Origin: an uncultured Nitrosomonas sp.
Lineage (GTDB): Bacteria > Pseudomonadota > Gammaproteobacteria > Burkholderiales > Nitrosomonadaceae
Length of the DNA: 64,000 bases
Assembly (NCBI GenBank): GCA_965369175.1
Contig: CBDUPR010000002.1
Location: 60,012-124,011, forward strand
Direction of reading: 5' to 3'
The translations under genes were made by a program, and so were the position numbers. Below, piece by piece: positions 40,332 through 51,167 of the stretch (the stretch's first letter is position 1; each line of letters starts with the position of its first letter). The notes beneath the pieces were generated by a model. It saw only the letters and a program-made list of their open reading frames with translations. It was not told where the DNA came from and ran no database searches.

Positions 40332-40904
40332 TTAGCTATGCTTGATTGCTTGTGGAATGGCTGCCTTTAAATAATAGATCATTGACCATAATGTCAGAAT
40401 AGCTGCCAGATAAATGAGCCATGTTCCTATGAGCTGAGAATCAAATCTACCGCCAATGTTATCATGGTATAAGAGCAATGGAATGGCGACCATCTGTGAG
40501 GTGGTTTTTATTTTTCCTAAAAAGGAAACCGCGACACTTTTAGATTTACCAATTTGTGCCATCCATTCACGTAATGCGGAAACGGTAATCTCCCGGCCAA
40601 TGATAATTAAAGCAATTGGAGCATCCAGTCTATCCAGATATACCAATACAATCAATGCGGCTGCAACCATCAGCTTATCTGCCACTGGATCGAGAAATGC
40701 ACCGAATGCAGATGTCTGATTTAATATCCGGGCAAGATAGCCATCCAACCAATCCGTAATAGCGGCACCAGAAAAAATGATAGTGGCAACCAGATTCTGA
40801 TTGGTTTGTGATAGCCACGTGTGTGGTAAATAGAAAATACCTACAAACAATGGAATCGCAAGTATTCGCAGCCAGGTAAGTAGATTAGGAAGGTTAGAAG
40901 GCAT
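40332..40904 (-). CDS. pgsA: CDP-diacylglycerol--glycerol-3-phosphate 3-phosphatidyltransferase
   Basis: 190-aa ORF with the CDP-alcohol phosphatidyltransferase motif DGYLARILNQTSAFGAFLDPVADK. Confidence 0.95.
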   Translation of the reverse strand: MPSNLPNLLTWLRILAIPLFVGIFYLPHTWLSQTNQNLVATIIFSGAAITDWLDGYLARILNQTSAFGAFLDPVADKLMVAAALIVLVYLDRLDAPIALIIIGREITVSALREWMAQIGKSKSVAVSFLGKIKTTSQMVAIPLLLYHDNIGGRFDSQLIGTWLIYLAAILTLWSMIYYLKAAIPQAIKHS

Positions 40905-41065
40905 AAGATTTAACGGCTATAAACTAAAATAATCAACAATCGAAGGATTAAACGGATTTGGCTATTGTCAAATCGAATCGATTGTAATGTTAAAAAATAA
41001 ATTCTGTCAGTTTTATCTGTGTACGAGAAGATTAATCTCTATAGGGTATGTTGAATAAATAAACG

Positions 41066-42889
41066 CTAATGGAGTTCCTTATAAATTCTTTCTGCTAGCT
41101 TGCGGCTAATTCCTTCCGTTTGTTGCAATTCTTCGATGCTGGCGGTTAGTACACCTTTTAACCCTCCAAATCGGCTTAATAGGCCTTGGCGTCGCTTGGC
41201 ACCAATGCCACTAATCTGTTCTAAGCTCGAACTAGTTCTGGCTTTGCCGCGCCTATTGCGATGTCCTTGAATCGCAAATCGATGTGCTTCATCACGAATT
41301 TGCTGGATGAGATGTAAGCCAGCATGATCGCTCGTTAATTGTAACGATTTTTCCATTTTACTGACGGGAAAAATCAATTGCTCTAAGCCGGGTTTACGTC
41401 CTTCGCCTTTAGCAACACCTAATAGGTTTACATCACTTAACCCCAGCTCTGCCAATGCTTCTTGAGCAGCACTGATCTGCCCCTTACCACCATCAATTAG
41501 AATCAAATCTGGTGGCCTGCTTTCATCCTTGATCGCCTTATAATAACGTCGTGATAGCGCCTCACGCATGGCCGCATAATCATCTCCTGGTGTAATATTA
41601 TCAATGTTATAACGTCGGTATTCATTGTTACGCATAGAGAAGTTGTCATAAATCACGCAAGATGCAACAGTAGCTTCGCCGGATGTATGACTGATATCAA
41701 AACATTCAATACGGGTCAGGCTAGAGAGATTGAGCGCTTGTTGCAGTGCGCGCACTCGCTCTTCCTGACTGGCTTGTTGGTTTATCATTTGCTTCAGTGC
41801 CAATCGCGCATTTTCAGCGGCCATACTTAGCCATGCTCGTCGTTCACCAATAGGATTGAGGTTGATAAGAACTTTATGGTCCGACTGGCTGCTTAATAAT
41901 GTCTGTAATGCTTCTCTTCGGATTCTCTCTCCAATGATAATGAGATGCGGCACACTACGATTAAGGTAGTGTTGAGCAAGAAATGCTTCTACTATAGTAG
42001 CAGGATTATGCCCCTCTGCATTTTGTGGGAAAAAGCTTTTATCCCCCAAATGCCGCCCTCCCCTGATCATAGCTAAATTGACACAGATTTTCCCATTACT
42101 ATCTTCTAATGTGGCACAGGCGATTACATCGGCATCCAGTGCTTTGCCACTATCAATAACTTGTTTTTCTCTAATTTTTCGGAGTGACTGAATCTGATCA
42201 CGAAATAACGCAGCTTGCTCATACTCCATACGATCTGATGCCTGTTGCATCTTTTCAATAAGATTTTCGACGACTTCTGTCTGTTTGCCTTGCAAGAATA
42301 ATTCAGTATTTCTAATATCTTCATGGTAAGCTTGTTGTGTAATTAAGTTTACACAAGGGGCGCTACACCGTTTAATTTGGTATAGTAAACAAGGTCGCGT
42401 ACGATGATTAAATACATTATCTTCACAAGTACGGATGCGAAATATTTTCTGTAACAGTTGAACACTTTCTCTGACGATGCCTGCATTTGGATAGGGTCCA
42501 AAATATTGATGCTGCTTGTCTAACATGCCACGATAAAATCCTAAACGAGGATAACTGTGTTTGCTTAACATGAGATAGGGATATGATTTATCATCCCTAA
42601 ATAAAATGTTATATCGAGGTTTCAGGCTTTTTATTAGATTATTTTCTAATAACAAAGCCTCAGCCTCAGAGCGCGTTATTGTGATCTCAATGTTGGCAAT
42701 TTGAGATACCATTAACTGCGTACGCGGAGCTAGACTGGTTTTCTGGAAATAAGAGGAAACGCGTTTCTTGAGGTCAATAGCTTTACCTACATAGATAACT
42801 TCCCCTGTCTTGTTCAGCATACGATAAATACCTGGCTGAAGTGGCAGGCTGGAACAAAAACTTTTGGCATCAAATGCAGTTTCTGACAA
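41066..42889 (-). CDS. uvrC: excinuclease ABC subunit C
   Basis: 607-aa ORF with an N-terminal GIY-YIG domain (GIYRMLNKTGEVIYVGKA), a UVR domain, an endonuclease V-like domain and a C-terminal (HhH)2. Confidence 0.97.
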   Translation of the reverse strand: MSETAFDAKSFCSSLPLQPGIYRMLNKTGEVIYVGKAIDLKKRVSSYFQKTSLAPRTQLMVSQIANIEITITRSEAEALLLENNLIKSLKPRYNILFRDDKSYPYLMLSKHSYPRLGFYRGMLDKQHQYFGPYPNAGIVRESVQLLQKIFRIRTCEDNVFNHRTRPCLLYQIKRCSAPCVNLITQQAYHEDIRNTELFLQGKQTEVVENLIEKMQQASDRMEYEQAALFRDQIQSLRKIREKQVIDSGKALDADVIACATLEDSNGKICVNLAMIRGGRHLGDKSFFPQNAEGHNPATIVEAFLAQHYLNRSVPHLIIIGERIRREALQTLLSSQSDHKVLINLNPIGERRAWLSMAAENARLALKQMINQQASQEERVRALQQALNLSSLTRIECFDISHTSGEATVASCVIYDNFSMRNNEYRRYNIDNITPGDDYAAMREALSRRYYKAIKDESRPPDLILIDGGKGQISAAQEALAELGLSDVNLLGVAKGEGRKPGLEQLIFPVSKMEKSLQLTSDHAGLHLIQQIRDEAHRFAIQGHRNRRGKARTSSSLEQISGIGAKRRQGLLSRFGGLKGVLTASIEELQQTEGISRKLAERIYKELH

Positions 42890-42895
42890 GTTTCT

Positions 42896-43084
42896 TTATT
42901 CCTTTTTTCCCAGAAGATTACCTCCGATAGCCCAATTTTCATGCGGTATCTCATCAAAAGAGATATAAGTGTAAGATTTTGGTTTTTGTGCAACACGCTC
43001 AAGTGTATCGGTTATTTCTTCAGCAATCTTTGTTTTTTGTTCGCGGGTAAGCGAACCGGCAATACGAATATTGACATAAGGCAT
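42896..43084 (-). CDS. 4-oxalocrotonate tautomerase family enzyme
   Basis: A 62-aa product from the Met at 43084 starts MPYVNIRIAG, with the catalytic Pro1 signature. The track start at 43159 overlaps the UDG gene. Confidence 0.75.
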   Translation of the reverse strand: MPYVNIRIAGSLTREQKTKIAEEITDTLERVAQKPKSYTYISFDEIPHENWAIGGNLLGKKE

Positions 43085-43112
43085 AGATAATTCTCCAACA
43101 ACTCGGTTAGTC

Positions 43113-43757
43113 TTATTTAGCGCTAATATCAGCACTAATTCTTTTAAAGATCGCTTCAAACATTTCTGTTGTTAAACGTTTCGTTTGAGTATTGTAGCGA
43201 CTACAATGGTAGCTGTCATAAAGTATCAACCCATTAGGTAATGCATGCACCATACCATGATGAAAGGGAAACGCTTTTGTTTTAAGCTCTAAAGCCATTA
43301 ATATGGCTTGATGAGCAATCGTACCCAGTGCGAGTAATGCAACACCTTTACCTGACATAAAATCTACAATTTCGGATGTAAGGTATACGTTGCACTGGCG
43401 AATCTCTTTTGGTTCTGGCTTGTTATTGGGTGGCAGGCACTTCACTGCGTTAGTAATACGACAGTCAGTAAGGTGTAGGCTATCATTAACAGACGTCGAT
43501 ACATCATGGCTGGCAAAACCAAATTTATGTAATGTTTGATAAAGTAAGATTCCCGCGAAATCTCCTGTGAAAGGCCTTCCGGTACGATTTGCGCCATGCA
43601 TGCCCGGTGCGAGACCAATAATAAGAAGCTTAGGGCTCGCATCACCGAAAGCATTAACCGGACGTGCATGATAATCTGGATACTGAATTTTCACAGTATC
43701 TAGAAATTTTGCTAATCGCGGACATTTGCGACAATTTTCTGGTCGTTTAGATTTCAA
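43113..43757 (-). CDS. uracil-DNA glycosylase superfamily protein (Fe-S family 4/5-like)
   Basis: 214-aa ORF with N-terminal Cys ligands (CRKCPRL), the motif IIGLAPGMHGANRTGRPFTGD and a C-terminal HCSRYN. Confidence 0.8.
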   Translation of the reverse strand: MKSKRPENCRKCPRLAKFLDTVKIQYPDYHARPVNAFGDASPKLLIIGLAPGMHGANRTGRPFTGDFAGILLYQTLHKFGFASHDVSTSVNDSLHLTDCRITNAVKCLPPNNKPEPKEIRQCNVYLTSEIVDFMSGKGVALLALGTIAHQAILMALELKTKAFPFHHGMVHALPNGLILYDSYHCSRYNTQTKRLTTEMFEAIFKRISADISAK

Positions 43758-44403
43758 AGAATAACATCCTTTTGTTTTATAGTAGAATAGCGCTATATTA
43801 ATTAGTCAAATAACAAATGAGTTACTAATTGAAAATAGTTGGGCATTCATGTCGGCATTTGCTTCAATACAGTTATTGTCTTGTGGCAATTGGATGTTAC
43901 TATGCACGGGCTGGAAGCTATAATTTCATTTTTATTCAATCAGTAATGGGATATATTAAAATAAATCTTAAAAATTTTTAATAAATCCCTGCGAACATAC
44001 CGATTATTTTTGTATTTCTGCCAAACGATAGAACAGAACCCTTCCTATCACAAAATGAATCATGATATTTTCATGAATAGGAAAGGCTGCATGTCGCTAT
44101 TTTAGCTGAAAATTTCCTTGGAAATCAGGATGAATCTTCAGTTCGTGTCCATGCCACTTTACCTTTATTCAAATCGTCCTGTTGAAAATGTTTCATCGCC
44201 TAACTCTACCTGTGGCCATCATTACATTAATCGTACAATAAATTAAGAACTCCAAAACGAATAATGCCCAACATATCAAGGGAAAATAAAAAAGTACTAT
44301 TGAAATACTCTGTTTGTCTAGTGAGTGACATCGCATCAGTAAAAATTTTAACCGACTGATTTAAAAATAGATCTATTCTCTTACTTCATGAAATCGAATT
44401 AGA

Positions 44404-46212
44404 TTGCCTGCTATGCACGATATCAGACCGCCGATGCGTCATCGCTATCTATTGCACATATTAATATTATGGCCAATGTTAATTATTTTTACAGCAAATA
44501 GTAATTTTGCGGAAGCACAATCTATTTCTGCTAAGAATAAGAAAAATTTACCGGTTGTAAAATTATCTGCACCCGAGGCTGTACAGGAGTTGTTAGCGAC
44601 ACACTTTAAACTACCTGACGAGCCCTTGGTAGATGAAACGGCCGTGAGCGCTTTTTTACATCGAGCACGGCAGGAAATAAGCGAATTATTGGCGACAGAA
44701 GCTTATTTTACGCCGACGGTTACGTTATTAGATCGTCGTTCACAAAAGCAAGGCGATATACAAGTAAAGGTTGATCCAGGGCTGCGTACACGAGTGACTG
44801 AAGTAAATATAGTATTCCAAGGCGATCTCGCAAGCGATCAACCAAAGCAGCGTAAACGGATGAAACAGTTGCGCGCTAATTGGCCACTCAAAATCGGTCA
44901 GCCTTTTCGTTCAGCAGACTGGGAAGAAGCTAAAGCAGCATTATTGTCGGATATAACGGATCGGAACTATGCTGCGGCATATATCGTGAAGAGCCAGGCG
45001 GTCGTAGATCCGACTAACAAAAGTGCGAAGCTTACAATAACTCTTGATTCTGGGCCTGTCTTTTATTTTGGGAAATTAGAAATCACTGGACTAGAACGTT
45101 ATGATCCATCCTTGATTAGTAATTTTACGCCGTTTCGCATTGGTGAACCTTATCGCCGAGACTTGTTACACGCGTTTCAATTGGCGCTACAGAATGTCCC
45201 TCATTTTAATTCCATCTCTGTGAGTATCAATCCAGATATCCTACTGCATGAAGCGATACCCGTCCAAGTAGTTATTACCGAGACAAAATCACAACGTATC
45301 GCGTTTGGTGCGGGTTTTAGTTCTAACAATGGCGCCAGGGGCGAAATAAATTTTCGTAATTATAACTTCCTCGATCGCGCATGGAATATCTATAGTACGT
45401 TGCGTTTGGAACAAAAACGCCAAACCTTTCTTACCGGGATTGATACGCTACCAAATAAAAATAATTTTCAGTATTCATTGAGAGGTAGTTTTCAGATGAC
45501 TGATATTGAAAATTTGAAGACACGCAATCAAAAGATTAGCTTTACCCGTAGTTATAAAACCAGAAAGGTTCAAAGACAATTGAGCCTTGACTGGCAAAGA
45601 GAAGAAAAGCAGCCATCGGGTGGAATCAATCAAACTAACCAGGCATTGGTGTTGGACTGGCAATGGCGCTATCATCAGGTTGATGATCCGCTTCATATTC
45701 GCAGTGGTAATGTAACGGAAGTGCGAATTGGCGGCGGAAGTCAGCATGTATCATCTGGGCAAGATTTTATACGAACTTACGCAAGTCACCAGAGCTGGTG
45801 GCCAATTGGTAAGCGTGATGTATTTTTCCTGCGTGGTGAAGCTGGATTTACATTGGCCGAGTCCCGTTTTGGTATCCCTCAGGAATATCTGTTCCGTGCG
45901 GGAGGTATCCATTCTGTGCGAGGTTATAATTTTCTGAGTCTGGGTATACGTGAAGGTAATGCCGTAGTCGGAGGACGAGCACTGGCAACAGGTACCTTGG
46001 AGTACAATCGATGGTTTACGCAGAATTGGGGCGCCGCTCTGTTTGCTGATATCGGTAGTGCTGCCGATAGTTGGCAGAAATTTGATCCCTCTATAGGTTA
46101 TGGTGCTGGTGCACGCTGGCGCAGCCCCGCTGGCCCACTTGCACTTGATCTGGCTAGAGCACATGAAACAGGCGCTATCCGCTTGCATTTTTCGATGGCT
46201 GTCGCCTTTTAG
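44404..46212 (+). CDS. tamA: outer-membrane translocation and assembly module protein TamA (Omp85 family)
   Basis: 602-aa ORF with a signal peptide, POTRA-like N-terminal repeats and an Omp85 beta-barrel ending ...RLHFSMAVAF. It is followed by tamB. The start is TTG 44404 or ATG 44413. Confidence 0.85.
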   Translation: MPAMHDIRPPMRHRYLLHILILWPMLIIFTANSNFAEAQSISAKNKKNLPVVKLSAPEAVQELLATHFKLPDEPLVDETAVSAFLHRARQEISELLATEAYFTPTVTLLDRRSQKQGDIQVKVDPGLRTRVTEVNIVFQGDLASDQPKQRKRMKQLRANWPLKIGQPFRSADWEEAKAALLSDITDRNYAAAYIVKSQAVVDPTNKSAKLTITLDSGPVFYFGKLEITGLERYDPSLISNFTPFRIGEPYRRDLLHAFQLALQNVPHFNSISVSINPDILLHEAIPVQVVITETKSQRIAFGAGFSSNNGARGEINFRNYNFLDRAWNIYSTLRLEQKRQTFLTGIDTLPNKNNFQYSLRGSFQMTDIENLKTRNQKISFTRSYKTRKVQRQLSLDWQREEKQPSGGINQTNQALVLDWQWRYHQVDDPLHIRSGNVTEVRIGGGSQHVSSGQDFIRTYASHQSWWPIGKRDVFFLRGEAGFTLAESRFGIPQEYLFRAGGIHSVRGYNFLSLGIREGNAVVGGRALATGTLEYNRWFTQNWGAALFADIGSAADSWQKFDPSIGYGAGARWRSPAGPLALDLARAHETGAIRLHFSMAVAF

Positions 46213-46214
46213 TT

Positions 46215-49200
46215 ATGCTAAATCCAGGGAATTCAAATCAAATCAAGCAGACTACCGGGAAAAATAACAGATGGTTATTTATCGTCCTGCTGTTTGTCTG
46301 TATAACTCTGATAATGAGTGGTCGCTGGTTATTAACCAGTCCATCCGGTCTTCAATGGCTTTTATCTGCGGTATCGCGTGTCAGTGCGAATAGTATCGTA
46401 TTTGAAGGCATTCAAGGTTCTTTAAGTTCCATGCAGATTAATTTGATCCGCTTTACTAGTAGCGATTTGCATCTGACCCTGCAAGGAACAGAATTGGATT
46501 GGCAACCCGACAAGCTGTTATCTGGAAAATTATTAATTAATGTCTTATCAGCACAAGATGTTGAAGTGCGTTCATTTCCATCTTCAACTTCAACATCAGC
46601 ATCGTTACCAGAAAGCTTACGTCTGCCATTATCGATGCGCATAGATAAATTAAGTGTCGTAGCTTTGCGCGTATGGACAAAAGAAAGTGATATCCCCGAT
46701 TTCTCCGCAACGGAACTTTCGGTACGCTTAGAAAGTGATGGTCAACGACATTATTTATCTGACCTGTTTGTCAATTTTGAAGATGGCACGTTAAAAGCCT
46801 CAGCCCAGATAAATGGGGATCGACCTTTTGACTTATCAGCTCAAGCGAATTTGATTAGCGCTCTGGATTCGACAGGAATTGAATCATCCAAAATAGATCT
46901 GCATACGGACATTACGGGTAATCTGGAGCAAGTGAATCTGAAAATTAATGGATCAGGCGCCGGAGTGAATGCTGATGCTGATATGCAATTACTTCCTTAT
47001 GATCTATTTCCGGTTTCGGTTTTACGCTTATCCATAGCTGGTTTTAATCCAAATATATTTTTATCTCAAGCGCCGGATGCTGATCTAACACTACACGCTG
47101 AACTCCATAAAAACACTGGCGGACAACTTGTCGGAAAGATAGCGGTGAAAAACAAGGCTGTGGCTTCATTGGATAGGGGTGGTTTGCCTTTGCTCGAAAT
47201 ATATTCCCAGGCGATATTATCCACTGAATCCCTGGAATTGAATGATTTACTCATACGTTTTGTCGATAACGGCATCGTCTCAGGAGATTTTTCTTGGCAG
47301 ATGAAGGAATCATCAGGATCGGTCGATCTGGCGGTTAAGCAGCTTAATCCATGCTCGTTAGACGCACGCTTACGTTCCGCTCATATTAATGGCAGTATTA
47401 AGCTGATTGGCGATACCAAAACGCAACGAGGTGTCCTTACACTTAAGGATAATACGTTTAATCTGGATGCGAAAATATTACATTCTGCCGATGTGGTCAT
47501 GTTGGAAGAGCTTTATCTGAGCCGTGATCAGTCGCTATTAACGGGGAAAGGAAAATTAGATTTAAATAATCTTCAGCGATTTGAATTCAAAGGAGGAGTG
47601 AGGCATTTTAATTTTTCTGATTTTTTGCAATCGCCCTCCTCTGATCTGAATGCGACAATAAAGTTGACCGGTAATTTAATGCCTCGAATTAGTGGCTTAG
47701 TAGATTTCAAGATAGAAAATAGTAAATTAGCAAAGCAGCCTGTAGCGGGAAATGGCCAGATTGCGTTTAATGATCTCAAGCAGATAAAAGGTATGCTGGA
47801 ACTAAGCGTAGGTTCTAACCATGTACGTGCTCTAGGCGGTTTTGGCCGACCTGGTGAGTCTATGCAATTGGATATTGTTGCTCCGGTATTGTCACAAATC
47901 GGATTTGATCTCAATGGTGCTTTAAATGCCCGAGTCAGATTAAGTGGTAGCCTTGTATCACCAAAGATTGGTTTCGAAATTAATGGAAAGAATCTAAGTC
48001 TACCCGGTAAACATCAATTGACCAGCTTAATTGCAAGTGGCAATCTTGATGATCGGGTTATTGTAGTTAAAATAGAAGCAGACGATTACCGAACAGAAAA
48101 TGAGACTCATTTGCAATATTTGAATATTGACGTAATGGGTACTCGATCTGCGCATACATTAGTGGCCAGCGCTCGAATAAATGATGACTTCGCAATTGAG
48201 TTGGATGCAGCCGGGGAATTGGCAAATTTAAAACAGACTGATTCGGCTCTAAGATGGATTGGAAAAATATCTCAATTTTCAGCTACAGGCCCACTTCCCT
48301 TTCGATTATTGATGCCTACCTCTCTTGAACTTAGCCCTGAACATGTTTCTCTGGGTGCATCAAAGTTTGCTCTGGCCGGTGGGGAGGCTCATATTAAAAT
48401 GGCGCAGTGGACACCCGAGAAATGGTTTAGCCAAGGCGATTTTACCGGTATCGCTTTGAATGCAAAAAATGACAGCACAAAAAAACAGAAGGCTCTACAT
48501 TTAGGTGGTAACTGGCATATCACATCAGCTATGCACTTGACAAGTAGCTTACAAATAATTCGCGAGAAGGGTGACTGGGTTTTGCCTGGTGAAACACCGT
48601 TATCATTAGGACTGCAGGTTTTACAGCTTAGCGCTAATGCGACAAATGGAGAATTGAGTGGCGAATTATTTTTAGAGGGTGAACGGATTGGAAAAACGAA
48701 AGCCAGTATTACCTTGCCACTGGCACAATCAAATGCAGGTTGGACAATAACCCCTGATGCGGCACTGAATGGACAGATTACAATGAATGTCGATGATATT
48801 GCATGGATTGGAAATATTCTCGACGATACTATAAGTAGTAGCGGTCAGTTTAGCCTGCAAGCGGGTATTGGCGGTACCTTTGGCAAACCGGAAATTCAAG
48901 GAAGAATTTCTGGTGAGAACCTGGCTCTTGCGTTACTTGATCAGGGTGTGCGATTGGAACAAGGTAAATTGGCAGCGGATTTTGATCAATCGTCTTTGCG
49001 CATTGATAAGTTGAATTTTGCGGCCCCGATTGAATCACCACCGCGTGATCGCCTGTTAAGCCGCTTAAAATTAACAAAGGAAACCGGGAATTTGAGCATC
49101 TCGGGTGTTATAGGATTATCAGGCAATGATAGCAATATGAAAATTGAGCTTGATCATTTGCCTTTGGCGCGCCAGTCCAATTATTGGATTATTGTTTCTG

Positions 49201-50072
49201 GGAATGGCCATGCTAGATTTAATAAAAAAATGCTGGCTATCGGTGGTGAAATGATTGCGGACGCAGGCCTACTAGCCGAGCCACCGACCGGTCGCCCACA
49301 ATTGGCGGATGATATTCTGATTGGTGAAGAGCCGCAATCTACTCCAGATAAGTCACTACTGAATCTTAATTTTACATTGGACTTAGGCAAGCAATTTTAT
49401 ATTCGGGCCTCTGGGTTGGAGGGTCGTCTAGCTGGCCAATTGCGGCTGCAAAATGATGCAAAAAGGGGGTTAAGCGCTAAGGGCTCTATTGCTACCCACA
49501 AGGCAATTTTTGAGGCTTATGGTCAGCGCTTAAAAGTAAAGCGAGGAATCGTAAATTTTTATGGACCCTTAGATAATCCGGGATTAAATGTATTGGCTGT
49601 ACGTGAGAAACTACCGGTAGAAGCGGGTATTGAGGTTATTGGAACAGTTCGCCGACCCAAAATACGCTTGGTATCGACTCCTAATGTGCCTGATTCGGAA
49701 AAGCTTTCCTGGATAGTATTGGGTCGTCCACCACATGCAGGGGGTGTCGATACTTCATTATTATTGACTGCGGCCAGCTCCATTCTGAGTGGCCAGCCAG
49801 GTGGTGGAATTACGGATCAAATTAGTCAGGCGCTGGGTGTTGATGAAATATCAGTCCGGCAGACTGGAAATGGTAATCCTCTAACCCATCAGATTGGTAC
49901 TATTGGTAAGCGTCTTTCCTCGCGCGCGTATATCAGCTATGAACGAAGCTTGACCGCAGCGACGGTTGGTGTAACAAAATTGACGTATAACCTAACTCCC
50001 AGTATATCAATTGTTACTCAAGCCGGAGTAGATAGTGCTATAGATATATTTTATACATTTCAGTTTGATTGA
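46215..50072 (+). CDS. tamB: translocation and assembly module protein TamB (DUF490)
   Basis: 1285-aa ORF with an N-terminal anchor helix, a long beta-rich body and a DUF490-type C-terminus (...ISYERSLTAATVGVTKLTYNLTPSISIVTQAGVDSAIDIFYTFQFD). Confidence 0.85.
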   Translation: MLNPGNSNQIKQTTGKNNRWLFIVLLFVCITLIMSGRWLLTSPSGLQWLLSAVSRVSANSIVFEGIQGSLSSMQINLIRFTSSDLHLTLQGTELDWQPDKLLSGKLLINVLSAQDVEVRSFPSSTSTSASLPESLRLPLSMRIDKLSVVALRVWTKESDIPDFSATELSVRLESDGQRHYLSDLFVNFEDGTLKASAQINGDRPFDLSAQANLISALDSTGIESSKIDLHTDITGNLEQVNLKINGSGAGVNADADMQLLPYDLFPVSVLRLSIAGFNPNIFLSQAPDADLTLHAELHKNTGGQLVGKIAVKNKAVASLDRGGLPLLEIYSQAILSTESLELNDLLIRFVDNGIVSGDFSWQMKESSGSVDLAVKQLNPCSLDARLRSAHINGSIKLIGDTKTQRGVLTLKDNTFNLDAKILHSADVVMLEELYLSRDQSLLTGKGKLDLNNLQRFEFKGGVRHFNFSDFLQSPSSDLNATIKLTGNLMPRISGLVDFKIENSKLAKQPVAGNGQIAFNDLKQIKGMLELSVGSNHVRALGGFGRPGESMQLDIVAPVLSQIGFDLNGALNARVRLSGSLVSPKIGFEINGKNLSLPGKHQLTSLIASGNLDDRVIVVKIEADDYRTENETHLQYLNIDVMGTRSAHTLVASARINDDFAIELDAAGELANLKQTDSALRWIGKISQFSATGPLPFRLLMPTSLELSPEHVSLGASKFALAGGEAHIKMAQWTPEKWFSQGDFTGIALNAKNDSTKKQKALHLGGNWHITSAMHLTSSLQIIREKGDWVLPGETPLSLGLQVLQLSANATNGELSGELFLEGERIGKTKASITLPLAQSNAGWTITPDAALNGQITMNVDDIAWIGNILDDTISSSGQFSLQAGIGGTFGKPEIQGRISGENLALALLDQGVRLEQGKLAADFDQSSLRIDKLNFAAPIESPPRDRLLSRLKLTKETGNLSISGVIGLSGNDSNMKIELDHLPLARQSNYWIIVSGNGHARFNKKMLAIGGEMIADAGLLAEPPTGRPQLADDILIGEEPQSTPDKSLLNLNFTLDLGKQFYIRASGLEGRLAGQLRLQNDAKRGLSAKGSIATHKAIFEAYGQRLKVKRGIVNFYGPLDNPGLNVLAVREKLPVEAGIEVIGTVRRPKIRLVSTPNVPDSEKLSWIVLGRPPHAGGVDTSLLLTAASSILSGQPGGGITDQISQALGVDEISVRQTGNGNPLTHQIGTIGKRLSSRAYISYERSLTAATVGVTKLTYNLTPSISIVTQAGVDSAIDIFYTFQFD

Positions 50073-50132
50073 ATGCCGCGTATTCATTTATTGGACGACT
50101 CTACAACTGTGTAGAAAATGCTATTTTAATTA

Positions 50133-51167
50133 TTAATGCCATAACATCGCATAGATGATTAATATTTCTTCCAGGAATAATCGAGAGTTAAGTGGATGAC
50201 GAGATAAGCGTTGAGCTGTAATTAAACGCCGTGAATAAGCCATCAGTTTTTTTGGATCCACTGTAGAAGATAGTGCCTTAACAGCAGGATAATGATTTAA
50301 ATAGTAGCGAACTTCTCCAGTTGTATGAAAGCTCATTAAATCGTGGCACCATTTTTGTAACCAGTTAACGACTGTTGATAGATCCAATTGTTGCATTGTT
50401 TCTGCCAGCAGAACTGGATCTAGATGCTTGGCTGCGCTGATTTGTTCGATAAACTGTTCATGTTGTATAACGTAGTCACCTGCATTAAATGCTAACGCCG
50501 ATAGAGGCGCAAAACTAGCGGCGGCAAGACAAGCGGCAGGCTCATTAACTCCTTGTTGTTTGAGCCATTCCGTCGCGGTTGCAATGTCAGGACTGGGCAT
50601 TGCAATTTGCTGGCAACGGCTGCGTATAGTCGGCAATAAATATTGTGGTCGGTGTGTCACCAAAATAAATAATACTTGTGGAGGCGGTTCTTCCAGTTTT
50701 TTTAATAAGGCACTGGCCGCTGCGAGATTCATTGTTTCTGCTGGATAAATCAGAATAATTTTGAAACCACTCTGATGACCCGTCATGTATACGAAATCGG
50801 TCAGCATACGAATCTGTTCGACACCAATTTGCTGGCTGTTTTTTTTCTTGAGTTTTTTATCGTTGGTTATATTTTCAGTGTCTATCTTTTCTATGCTATT
50901 GTCAGATGATTCTGAAAATAATTCTGGTGCTATCTGATAAAAATTAGGATGCTCGTTTTGTTCAAACCAGTGGCAACTAATACATTTTTCACAGGCTCCA
51001 TTATGAGCAGATAAATTTCTGCACAATAATGATTTAGCCAGATCATGAGCAAATTTGAATTTGCCAATTCCCTTTTTTCCTTTAAGTAATAATGCTTGAT
51101 TCCGAAAACCATGATTTTGCATCAGGCGCTGCCAAATCACCTGTTGCCAGATATAGATATTATGCAT
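50133..51167 (-). CDS. holB: DNA polymerase III subunit delta'
   Basis: 344-aa ORF with an AAA+-like clamp-loader fold (LLLKGKKGIGKFKFA, Zn module CxxCxxC, LLKKLEEPP, SRCQ). It is overlapped by the tmk stop, as in many proteobacteria. Confidence 0.85.
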   Translation of the reverse strand: MHNIYIWQQVIWQRLMQNHGFRNQALLLKGKKGIGKFKFAHDLAKSLLCRNLSAHNGACEKCISCHWFEQNEHPNFYQIAPELFSESSDNSIEKIDTENITNDKKLKKKNSQQIGVEQIRMLTDFVYMTGHQSGFKIILIYPAETMNLAAASALLKKLEEPPPQVLFILVTHRPQYLLPTIRSRCQQIAMPSPDIATATEWLKQQGVNEPAACLAAASFAPLSALAFNAGDYVIQHEQFIEQISAAKHLDPVLLAETMQQLDLSTVVNWLQKWCHDLMSFHTTGEVRYYLNHYPAVKALSSTVDPKKLMAYSRRLITAQRLSRHPLNSRLFLEEILIIYAMLWH

